Shown piece by piece: positions 38,721 to 50,531 of a stretch of 64,000 nucleotides of DNA (the stretch's first letter is position 1; the number at the start of each line of letters is the position of its first letter). The notes below the pieces were generated by a model. It made no database searches. It saw only the letters and a program-made list of their open reading frames with translations, and was not told where the DNA came from. The stretch spans positions 283,712,001 through 283,776,000 of the forward strand of contig NC_088791.1 in assembly GCF_011386835.1 (NCBI RefSeq). The letters are read 5' to 3'. Source of the DNA: Chrysemys picta bellii (lineage: Eukaryota). Position numbers and translations under genes: made by a program.

Positions 38721-40467
38721 CTGATCATGCTAGTGTGTGCAAGTGGATTGCCTGCTCCCAGACAGGAGACACAGACTACTTCATGGAAGGGACTCTGGTC
38801 TGGACATACAATTCTTGTATGCATGCCTTCAAGCTCCTTTTTTTAAAAGTCCCCTTTATTGTTTTGTTAATATGGTTAATGAGAGATTCTGACCCTGACT
38901 CAAAGGCCATTTTGGGGATTTAGATAAGTACCCAAATGAGACCTAATGAAGTCTCCTATCTACCATGTAAATCTACAAAAATAAATGGCTTTAAAGTGGA
39001 GGTTTCACATGATGAATTGTTTTGGCTCCATCTTTTCATTAAAAAGCAAATCTAAACATCAGTAGATAACATTAGGAGGTACTTGATTATAGACATACAC
39101 ATACCATTGGTTTAAAAATCACATTGGTTTAAGGCTCCAAAATACAAGTGGAACTGGTGAGAGCTTAGTGCTTTCTACATGCACATCATTCAAAAACATG
39201 AAAAGTGATTTGTGTTTAAACTTGAAGTGAAAATTGCCCCTGGGCTGGAAACTGGTATGCCATGTGAAATTTCACTGAAATAGGTGTTTATAAATACTGA
39301 CAGGATCTTAACTACAGTGGTGTTAAAGATCACTATAATAAGAACACTATAGAAACTTTAATAGCCTTAACAAATTCCCTACCCAAACTTCATTTCCATT
39401 TAAAAAAAAAATTCTCTTTGTCTGGACAATGACAAAAATTCTGTCTTGGATGAAGAATGAGATAATATGGAAGACATTTTATGTCAGGAAATATTAATGA
39501 AAGTGTTAATATCTCCTTGTAGTGTTACAGATATTCATTGGAATACAGCAAATATGAACTATGCATTGTGCTGTTCAATTTGCACTGTTCATTTTAAGCA
39601 GCTTGGAATAAATCCTGGCCCTACTTGAAGTCATCTGAGTTTTGTCATTTACTTCAAGGGGACAAAGATTTCACCCTTGATCTCTAACTCTCTAATATAT
39701 GAGAGTCGAACATTTAGTGCAAGAACTGTAGGCGTGTAGAGCAGATTAATGGAACTCTGGAAATAGTGTAAATTAAACATGTACATCTGTGTGTGCCAGG
39801 ATTTCCCTTCAATACCTTACAAATGCTGGGAATTGTGTAAACCTGGTAATTTCAAACTTAGATAAGCATGTATAGTCTAGCATATGAGGCCATATGCAGG
39901 AGAGCATTGAGTCTGCTAATTTTACATCATGCATTAACTGAAGTGATTACTAAAATAATGGCTAAAAGAAAATAACTAGCCAAGAGTACTATGATATGTG
40001 AAATTATCCCATATATAATTACAATCAGTATAAAGCAGTTTAAGTCACCAAACAAGGTGAGAGAGTTTAGCCCTTTCTAATGTGGTACATTGCCTCCAGC
40101 ATAGGCCAATACCTCTTAGTTCAGAAGAAACTAAGTACCCACTGTTTCAAGAATCAGAGGGGTAGCCGTATTAGTCTGTAAAAAGCAACAGAGTCCTGTG
40201 GCACCTTTAAGACTAACAGATGTATTGGGCTTTCGTGGGTGAATACCCACTTCGTCAGACGCATGTAATGGAAATTTCCAGAGGCAGGTATAAATATGCA
40301 GGCAAGAATCAGTCTGGAGATAATGAGGTTAGTTCAATCAGGTAGGGTGAGGCCCTCTGCTAGCAGTTGAGGTATGAACACCAAGGGAGGAGAAACTGCT
40401 TTTGTAGTTGGCTAGCCATTCACAGTCTTTGTTTAATCCTGATCTGATAGTGTCAAATTTGCAAATG

Positions 40468-42261
40468 TCATCATGAACAGGTCTGACTACCAGAAGGAGG
40501 CTGCCAGATAACTTTCCAATACCGAATTCTATAGGCCACTTTCCTCAGATCCCACTGAGGAATATACTAAGAAACTGCACCATCTACTCAGGACACTCCC
40601 TACATTAACACAGGACAAATAAACATAGAATAACCCCAGTCAGGGCTCTAAGGGTAACTACTACCCAAGATCCACAAACCTGGAAATTCTGGACGCCCCA
40701 TCATCTCTGGAATTGGCACACTCACTGAAGGGCTATCTGGATCTGTGGACTCTGTTTAGACCCTATGCCACCAGCACTCCCTGCTATCTCCATGACACCA
40801 CTAATTTCCTGAGAAAACTACAATGCATTGGTGATCTCCCAGAAAACACCATCCTAGCCACCATGGTTGTGGAGGCTCTCTACACAAACATCCCACACAC
40901 AGATGGAATACAAGCTGTCAGGAATAGTATCCCTGATGATGACACAGCACAACTTGTTGCTGAGCTCTGACTATCCTCACGCACAATTATTTCAAATTTG
41001 ATGACAATATATACCTCCAGACCAGTGGCACCCACATGGCCCCACAATATGCCAACATTTTTTTATGGCTGACTCGGAACAATGCTTCCTCAGCTCTTGT
41101 CCACTCACGCCCCTTCTCTACCTACGCTACATTGATGACATCTTCATCATCTGGACCCATGGGAAGGAGACTCTGGAAGAATTCCACCACAATTTCAATA
41201 GCTTCCACCCCACCATCAACCTCAGCCTGGACCAATCTACACAGGAGGTACACTTCCTAGACACCACAGTACAAATAAGTTATGGTCACGTTAACACCAC
41301 CCTATACTGAAAACCCACTGACCGCTATGCCTACCTTCATGCCTCCAGCTTCCACCCCGGACACACCACACAATCCATCTACAGCTAGGCACTGAGGTAC
41401 AACCGCATCCGCTCCAACCCCTCAGACAGAGACCAACACCTATAAGATCTTCACCAAGCATTCTCAAAACTATAATATCCGTACAAGGAAATAAAGAAAC
41501 AAATCAACAGAGCCAGACATGTACCCAGAAGCCTCCTGCTACAAGACAAGCCCAAGAAAGAAACCAACAGAACTCCACTGGCCATCACCTACAGTCCTCA
41601 GCTTATACCTCTCCAACGCATCATCAGTGATCTACAACCCATCCTGGACAATGATCCCTTGCTTTCACAGACCTTGGGAGGCAGGCCAGTCCTCGCCCAC
41701 AGACAACCCGCCAACCTTAAGCATATTCTCACCAACAACCACACACCGCACCATAACAACTCTAACTCAGGAACCAATCCATGCAACAAACCTCAGTGCC
41801 AACTCTGCCCACATATCTACACCACCACCATCACAGGACCTAACCAGATCAGCTACAACGTCACTGGTTCATTCACCTGCACATCCACCAATGTTATATA
41901 TGCCATCATGTGCCAGCAATGCCCCTCTGCTATGTGCATTGGCCAAACTGGACAGTCACTACGTAAAAGGATCAATGGACACAAGTCAAATATTAGGAAT
42001 GACAATATACAAAAACCTGTAGGAAACCACTTCAACCTCCTTGGCAACACTATAGCAGATGTAAAGGTAGCCATCTTACAGCAAAAAAACTTCAGGACCA
42101 GACTCCAAAGAGAAACTGCTGAGCTTCAGTTCATTTGCAAATTTGACACTATCAGATCAGGATTAAACAAAGACTGTGAATGGCTAGCCAACTACAAAAG
42201 CAGTTTCTCCTCCCTTGGTGTTCATACCTCAACTGCTAGCAGAGGACCTCACCCTCCCTGA
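40468..42261 (+). pseudogene. Disrupted Penelope-like RT / GIY-YIG endonuclease ORF
   Basis: Motifs EALYTNIPH, MAPQYANIF, LRYIDDIFIIW, VHFLDTTV, CNKPQCQLCPH and NVIYAIMCQQCPSAMCIGQTGQSLRKRINGHK (YIG changed to CIG). Broken by frameshifts and stops, and the N-terminus is missing. Confidence 0.93.
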
Positions 42262-42333
42262 TTGAACTAACCTCGTTATCTCCAGACTGATTCTTGCCTG
42301 CATATTTATACCTGCCTCTGGAAATTTCCATTA

Positions 42334-42376
42334 CATGCGTCTGACGAAGTGGGTATTCACCCACGAAAGCTTATGC
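42334..42376 (+). ncRNA. Minimal type I hammerhead ribozyme motif in the pLTR
   Basis: CTGACGA (42341-42347), stem II GTGGGT-ATTC-ACCCAC, GAAA (42365-42368), palindromic AAGCTT, predicted UUA triplet, and short stem I TGC pairing with GCG. Hammerheads in PLE pLTRs are established. Activity is untested. Confidence 0.8.
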
Positions 42377-44424
42377 TCCAATACATCTGTTAGTCTTGAA
42401 GGTGCCACAGGACTCTCTGTTGCTTTTTACTGTTTCAAGAATACATCTAGCAAATTTTGTAATGTTGTGGGTAGGTGATGGGAGTGAGTGTTTGAGACCA
42501 TTTCCTTACTGAACTCTGGTGTAGATCATCACCTTATGTCCACATGCTAAAATTACAATATTGCATTATCTAAAGAATATCCCTTTCTTTTTCCTCCATT
42601 GCTAGTAGAAGTTAATTTCCTGCCATTAGCGACATGAAGACATATGGATCTAGCAAATTGCTAATTATTGTCCAACATCAGAATAAAAAAAGTTGGCAAA
42701 TATAAATGCTGACTGACACTCACGTTTAGAAACTTAAACCAGCATTTACATAGCACTAATGGTATAACTAACTTTTACAAAATCACCTAGCTCTTAGATA
42801 GCATGCTTTTGATCCATGGATCTCAAAGTATCAATCTTCCAATTTTACAGGTTGGAGAAATGAGTCATGAATAGTGGAAATGGCAGGCTAGTTGCAGTGC
42901 TGGAAATAGAAGCTATGCCTCTTCCGCCTCAGTCCAGTGCCCTCTCTATTGGGCCATATGCTCTCTCCTTCTTTTTCTATAGTTTATGATAAAATATATA
43001 TTTGTGCTAAATTGGTGAACTAGTTACAAGATAAGAGGCTATGAGAAAATGAGTTTACCAGTGCTAAGATTCACAACTCCATTTCGTGGAAAATGGACTG
43101 AAGAGAACCAGACAAGTGCCAATGTATTCAATAGTACCCTGTATGCCCCCCCCCCACCCACACACACACACACGCACACACACCCCACAAAAAAAAAAAT
43201 CTGGAAAAAATAGTTTAAAACTTATTCTGGAAACAAACTGGCAAACTTAGATTTCTGTTTCAAATTTATTTATCTTGGCTCATAGCCTCCTGTTTTCTGG
43301 CTGGATACAGATCCCTATAGTTCTTACCTTTCCAACAGCATTTTTCCATTGCCATAGCAATATTAATGTGCGATTTCCCTTCTGATTATCTCACTGCTGC
43401 CACATCTCAAATAATTCTTTCCTGGCTCTTTCCTATTTTTTATCTCTGACAATATACTGTGGGGACATTATTATTAATTATTTGGTAAGCATTGGTAATG
43501 GGATCAGGGCTGTAAAAAAACAGAGGAAGATACAGATTCTACTGCAAGAAATTCTGCTGAGTCTAAACAGATAGAGGAAAATGCAGGTAGAAAAGGCCCA
43601 GGATGACCCAGAGTATGGGTCTGTCTTGCATCATTCCAGTATTTGTGTGTATCTTTATTTTAGGTTTATGGCAGCACATCTTACTTAGGTGGGTTAAGAG
43701 GAGACATCACAGAAAATGTGAGTTGTTGGGAGGAACTAGAATGAACAGAGGATACTCGCCAATGTTCCTGGTAGAGGAAGCTAATGCACTGCATACAGAG
43801 TGGGAGAGACATAGTCTGTATGACAGATAAATTCAGTTTCCAGGCCAGTTCTCTAACAAAAATTTTCAAATGTTTGAAAAAAATAATCTTAAATAATCTG
43901 AATTTTTTTCATGTGAGGAGAAATCTCAAAAAGTCTGTGGCCCAATAAAAACTTTTCAGGTGAACCAAAATGGATTTTTTCAGCTTGCTTCCCAGGCTGT
44001 TCAACTTCCCAGATAGCTGGCTCCCCAGGCTACTCAATTTCAAAGTAGTCGGGCGCCCAGAAAGCTGGGCAGCCTCCTGCGTGAGGGAGCCAGGCCACCT
44101 GGGGCATAAGGTGCTGTGGAACCCTGGTCTCCTGCCAGACAGCCAGCCAGCCAGGTTGTCAGAGAGCCCATCAGGATGACTGCTGAGTAGTGAGAGAATC
44201 CCAGGGAGGCGGGAGGCAGGCAGCAGGAGGAGTTTAGGGAGCCCAGGGAGGAAGTCAGCAGGAAACTAGAGGTAGGCAGGTTGCCCAGCTTGCCTGACTG
44301 CCTGGTTTGCATCAAGGGTTTAGCTGAAATGTTCTACAGAAGTGTGTTGATTCCAATTCTATCAGCTATTTTTTTTTTCAAATGGAAAATTGTTTTTCTG
44401 GAAAATGAGCAACCATTTCTAATG

Positions 44425-44640
44425 CAATGTAAGGAAGATTGCTTTTGCAGCACCATTTTGGATAGACTGATAGATAGCAAGGTGGGAATCAGGGAGGTCA
44501 GAAAGAAAGTTTTTACTGTTAAGTGCAAAAGACATCCTGTGGGAGGTCAACAGCACATAAAAGAAATCATGAAAACAGGAGCTGCTGGTATGGATGTGTG
44601 AACAGTGCAGGCACAGCACGCTATCTTTTGTCTCATAGCT
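44425..44640 (-). mobile_element. L2-clade LINE ORF2 C-terminal relic
   Basis: Minus-strand translation FLSDLPDSHLAIYQSIQNGAAKAIFL resembles the L2 LL.GLP...LQ.IQNAAA.LI motif. Confidence 0.7.
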
Positions 44641-47600
44641 GCCACAATCTGGAATTGACTTTTTTTTTCTTATTTCTACACTAGAACAAGAGGGCAGGTG
44701 TGTGAATGGCAGGAGCTTCAGGAGAGGGTAATGGAATGGAGAAAGGAAGAGTAATTTAAAGCTGGCGCACAGACGCCCATACAGGATTCTTGAGCTTCCT
44801 CTAAAAGCTATATGGAAATCAGCATTACATAGGCAATAGACAGTACAAAAGATGCTGGCAGTGGGTAGAACCAAAGTGGACGACCATAGGGCTAGATTAT
44901 GACTTTAATCACAGTCCTAAACAACGTGTGGGGCATAAACTCTTCCACCCCAGAAGTTGCACTGGGCCTCAGAAACACCCTACTGAATCACAACTGCTTC
45001 CTTTTTGCTCCAGTAGTTTTCTGCTGCTCTATAATAGCAATCCCTCCCATATCACCAGGGCTCAGCTATACTGGCCAACAAGTAGAGGAGCCAAAGGTTT
45101 GCTTATTCCCTTCTCCTCCTACCCAATCTCAACTCACCTGCTCTGAGGGGCATGGAAGGATGGAGTAAGCAGGCATGCGGCCTTCTTTTTGTACTGCATT
45201 CCCAAAACAAAGGTCCCCATAGCTCATGTAAGGGGACCTCTTATTCACCATATGCCCTTGTGCAGGTGTGTAGGCCAAGTAACAATCTAGCTCATAGTCA
45301 GGAAAGGGAATACACATCTATCCGTAGAAAATCTTGAACTGAATATTGCTTGCTTGTTATGACTCTTGGGGGAAAATAGTGTCGTGCACATACCTTGACA
45401 CTCTGTATTCTTCAATAATGAGGATCAATAAGGATGACAAGGAATCACATGTAGTGCTACAGAAAAGTAGGCTTTATGAAAATCTATTATTTCCTACACT
45501 CTCTCATCAATCAAGGAACTGGACAGCAGGGTCATATATTACTTTTCCTCCAACACTTTCTCTGTCATGAGCATGTTTTCTACTCATTTTGTATAGCTGC
45601 TACCCCAGTTGCTCTACTACATTTAAAACATTTAAAAATCTTGATGTAGCTATTTGCATCTGAAGTTATTTAAGAACACCCTAGCCACAAGGGAAAGTGT
45701 TAAATTTAATGGATGGGTCAATGCCAAAACAGGAAAACTTGTGTCTTTAAAATACAAATATCTGGGTGAACTCCTGCATACAGAAATGCTTTTTTCACAA
45801 CTGGGCCCTTTTCATGTTTGCAGTTACTCAGAGAGATGAAAAGTGGTGGATTTATCATCTTCTTTAATAAAAGTAAGGAGAGAGAGAGATAAAAATGGCA
45901 GCCAGACCTGCTAATGATGCAGCAAGCAAAGTCATAGCAGGGCTACCAGTTTTTATATTTGAAAACAAAAGGAACAGAAAAAATACATATAAACACAGCA
46001 AACCAAACAAAGGCCTCCAGTCCTGGAACAGTGTCTGCTAACAGGGAACGCCAGACCATGCAGAGTTCCATTGAAGCTATAGATATGGGTCCCCATTCAG
46101 GAATGTCATACTCCATGTCAATCTGAAAGTCTATTGACACGGTGTTGCTACAAAAAAGTCTGAGTTTGGCTCTCTCAGCTAGTTGGGTGGGCAGTACAGA
46201 GGCTGGTCCCTGCGTCCATGACTAAAACGAGGAAGCCAAGTAGATTGCTGGCTACAGGGGATGTGGAGGCAAGGAGCTAACAGGCTGCAGGAGAAGAGTG
46301 GGGAGAGCAGAGGGGATAGTATGGCAGATTGATGGAGGGAAAGGTTTAGTCTAAGATCTTAGTCTGGTAAACTGGAACTATTGGCCAAAAGGTTAGTAGA
46401 CACCGTTCTGCAATGCTTTAATATGAACTAATTAATGCTTTGCTAGTTTTATTTGTATTTGAGAATTCCATCTCAGTTAATAATCTTATAGATAAGAACA
46501 ATGAGAACCACTTTTTTGTATGCATATAACAATTATAGAAATCAATCTATTCTGTACCTACACCTACAGTATCAGGTAGCTCGTAACATATATTTATCAC
46601 ATACACTGTGTTTTCCTGTCTGACAATCTCAAAAAAGTGGCTCAGAAACAAGTAGAGCAGAGTAGCAACAAAACCCACTGAAATGATCAACAACCTGCCC
46701 ATTACACACAAAGATGATGAATGAGATGATGATGACAGATGAATCCTCACTCCCATTTTAAATTCTATCTACTAAATAAATTAGTAATGTCATCAATATG
46801 AACACTAGCAGTGCATTCACCTTCTGCAGCATCTGTTGGGTTTTTTTTTTCCTGATCTTGCTTCTTTGATTGCACCATCTGACTCAGTGTTACAAGTCAG
46901 TAAGGGCCTGACATACAGCAGGTAAAAGTCTGGTGGATAATTTGAGTGCAGATGTATACATTGCAAAGGCATGGTTAGAAAACTGATGCCATTTTGGCAT
47001 TAGTCATGTTCTTTGATAGAGAAACTGCATGGGGTTTTAGTGTGATAGTCTCTAGATTGTAATATTGCTATTGAGCCATAAGCTAGGATGTGCATGCACT
47101 GTGTCCTTCTAGTAGCTCCTAGAGGTGTGCCCATTGTTGAAGACACAATACCTTTCAGAATACTGAGAGGGTACATACAGCAGCTACTATTACAGAAACT
47201 TTTAAGCAGTAATTATTCCCCCTGCACTGGCTTAGCTTGCCTAAGTGGTGCAGAGTGATCTGGCCATGGCCCTATTCTCAGCATCTTACATCAGGCGATG
47301 CTGGGAACCAGTGTAGATCTCAGGGGATTTGCTATAGGCCAGGGTCACATGTGTAGAATTCCTTTGCCTTTGCACTGTCTCTTGATCCCCTAAACCTTGG
47401 AGCCTGGATCCAAGTCGTGATTCCAGTAGCTACTGCCCTTCAGTTCCCCAGAGGGTATTTATGGTGTGCATATTGAAAATACTGTGTAAGCTAATGTTGA
47501 AAGGGTCACCACTGACTATTCTCTAAATTGTCCAAGGCTGGTGGGAAGATGTTGCCATGGAAAGTAGTCATTAGTTCAGCTCCTCTTAACATACAGATCC

Positions 47601-48659
47601 CAAATCCCATTGAGAACTTGCACAGATTAATTCAAGCTCCATTAAATTTAAACACCTAAGTGCAAGTGCTTTGTAAGGATCAGGTCCTGAATCATTATTA
47701 AGTTTAATTAGCAGTTGTGAAGTACTTTGAGATCCTTGCAGAGAAAAAAATATATATATATATATACTATTGGATACTAATTTTCAGTATTATAATACAT
47801 ATACCCCCATAATGGCAGCACAGAAATATGCTGGTCTCTTCCCCACTTCTCTGCAAAAATGTAATAGCAAATGCTTTAGTGGGGTTTCAGATTACTAAGA
47901 TTTAATTACAGTACACTTACACAATGTATTACAGAACATTTACTAGCAGTCTATGAAGGATTATCATAAATAACTAAAACTGAACTACACTTGTCATATA
48001 AATAAAGTATACATTGCCATGGAGTATCCTTCCTTCTTAAATTGTGTTTGTTAGTTTGCTTGTTCATTTGAAAATTCAGTGATTGCAATGGATGGCTGAG
48101 CCACCATGGCAAATTAGTAAGGGTCTGTTGTTTGTTTTTGCCTAGAATGAGAATTGTTACTATGAAAAATATTTTTGATCTAAAGAAATTAAAAATGCGT
48201 AAGCCTCAAAATATTAGTTAAGATAATCACTTAAAGATCTGGATGTTTTCTCTCCGAGCCTTGTTTAAACTACCTGACAATTCTGAATCTACACCATTAG
48301 GCTTAAAATGTCACAAGGACAAGCTTTCTTATGATCTTTCTGGAACCTTCTACTGCTGGCATGGACAGAAATTTCACTAAAACAGTTTTTCTAGCAATAT
48401 TTTGACACTTCTGACACCATCTCACCTGAACTCGAAATGTTGAACTGTGTGAGAATCAAAAATGTTCACCAAATGATGTAACCCACAAAAAAGGTAAGAA
48501 GGAAACAGGTCCACCTCAATTTTTTTCTGTCTTGTTGATGGTTCCCTAAACTGAGCTAACATATTATTTAGGAAGAGAAGATACTTCAAATCTTTATGGT
48601 TTACAAAATTAGACTAATCTCCACATTTTATTAATATTTGTGGGACCCTCCTGAATAGC

Positions 48660-49520
48660 ACATTGCTGAGGACCATGGAGTCAGAGGCTTAGGGAGACCC
48701 AGAACATGGGGTTGCATCTCTTGAGTAGTAGCCTTTAATGGACCTATCCTCTATGAACTTCTCATTCTTTTCTGAACCCAGTTATAGTTTTGACCTTCAC
48801 AACTTCCCCCAGCAATGAGTTTCAAAGGATGATCATACATTGTGTGAAGAAGTAATTCTTTGTTTATTTTATACCTGCTGCCTATTAATTTCATTGTGTG
48901 ACTGCTGGTTCTTCTACTATGTGAAGGGGTAAATAACACTTCCTCATTTTCTTTCTCCACACCATTCACAATTTTATAGACTTCTTTCCTATTCCTCTCT
49001 AGTTGTCTCTTTTCCAAGGTGAACAGTCCCAAGTCTTTATAATCTCTCTTCATATGGAAGCTGTTCCATATCCTTAATTATTTTTGTTACCTTTCTCTGT
49101 ACTTTTTCTAATTCTAATATATCTTTTTTGAGATAGTATGGCCAGAACTGCATGCAGTATTTAAGATATGGGTGTACTACTATGGATTTATATAGTGATA
49201 TATAATCACTATATCTATATATCTATTATGATGTTTTCTGTCTTATCTATCTCAATGGTTCCTAACATTCTGTTAGCTTTGCTGACTGCTGCCGTACAGT
49301 TAGCAGATGTTTTCAAAGAACTATCCACAATCGCACTAAGATCTTTCTTAAATGGTAACAGCTAATTACACACCATCATTTTGTATGTAAAGTTTGGGAT
49401 TGTATTTTCCAATATACATTAGGTTGCATTTATAAAGACTGAATTTTATCTGCCATTTTATTGCCTCATCAGTCAGTTTTGTAAGATCCCTTTGTAATTC
49501 ATCACAGTCTGCATCTTAAA
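48660..49520 (-). mobile_element. CR1 LINE ORF2 C-terminal fragment
   Basis: LGLFTLEKRQLERNRKEVYKIVNGVEKENEEVLFTPSHSRRTSSHTMKLIGSRYKINK matches the CR1 ORF2 C-terminus. Frameshifted. Confidence 0.92.
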
Positions 49521-49954
49521 AACAAGTATAACATGTAATTATTGACCAGAAAATTAGAAAGGAACACATTTATTTAAATTATGCTAATATAGCATTATTG
49601 AGTAGCATTTAGCAAGTGTAACTTGTTATCCAAAAGTAAGTGAGATGCATCTCTCCTATTCTATAAATAACTGCCTCAGTCTGAGATTAGAAGTATGTTG
49701 TTTGAATGAGGTCTTAACTTGTTCAGGCAATATATTTTGGGGTGGGTAACAGTCATGAGGGTGATGGAGAAAAGTGGGTTCAGTAGCCTCTTCCATTTTC
49801 ACAAGATAAGCACAGGCAGGAAGGGATTTGGCCACTTGAGATAGTCCCCATTACTGTAGGTTTTAGAAATTAAGAGGACTGAGATATTGAGGAGGAATTA
49901 GTAGTTTTCAACAGTCAGAACATACAAGTTAAATTTTCAGAAGCATCTGTGTGG

Positions 49955-50531
49955 CATAGTTTGTCTACACAGCCTACAGGAATTGCGAGTGCAGCACATG
50001 TAGGAACATCTGAGCTCGTTTTGATCAAGCTAGCTTGCTAAAAATGGCAGCAGCACACGTGGTAGCATGGGCTGGCTACAGGAGCAGCGCCAGGGTTTTT
50101 GTCGCCCCAGGCGGCAGCGCTCCTCCTCTGAGCATTCAGGGGGCCTGGTGTCTTTGGCAGCGGGGGTCCTTCTGCTCCGTGTCTTCGGGACACTTCGGCG
50201 GCGGGTCCCAGAGTGAGTGAAGGCCCCGCCGCCGAATTTCCGGCGAAGATCCAGAGTGGAAGGACCCCCCGCTGCCGAATTTCCACTGAGGGCAGCAAAA
50301 TGCTGCCCCCCAAATCCTGCCGCCCTAGGCAACCACCTAGGGTCACCTAGTGGAACCATTGGCCCTGGCTGGCTATTTGAATGTGTGTCCAGGGCAGCTT
50401 GTAATTGGGAAGCTACCAGTGCTGCTATGGCTTTACTGATATTTTTTTTTTGAGTTAACTTGATGAAAACTAGCTTGTGTGTTCCTACATGTGCTTCAAT
50501 CACACTTCTCAATTGCAGCTTAGATATACCA
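49955..50531. mobile_element. Harbinger-like MITE relic (GTCTACAC family), interrupted by a hAT insertion
   Basis: GTTTGTCTACAC start and a degenerate TAGATATACC end. Body similar to 7399-7660. Confidence 0.55.
50079..50367. mobile_element. GC/CpG-rich non-autonomous hAT element
   Basis: CAGG...CCCTG ends with a perfect 8-bp TSD GCTGGCTA (50071-50078, 50368-50375). Confidence 0.88.

Larger units (their letters stand above)
40155..42428 (+). mobile_element. Penelope-like retroelement, 5'-truncated, with an inverted pLTR copy at the 5' end
   Basis: 40155-40467 is largely the reverse complement of 42132-42430. RT and GIY-YIG remnants lie between. 14-bp direct repeat ACTGTTTCAAGAAT at 40141-40154 and 42429-42442. 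Confidence 0.95.

Noticed and set aside
41659-42261. 200-aa ORF as a possible domesticated nuclease gene
   Set aside because: It is the GIY-YIG part of the PLE, with the YIG tyrosine changed to cysteine and the upstream RT broken by frameshifts. Nothing suggests selection.
43145-43200. Poly-C / (CA)n / poly-A run (also 3004-3023, 47748-47766, 56730-56757)
   Set aside because: Ordinary simple repeats.
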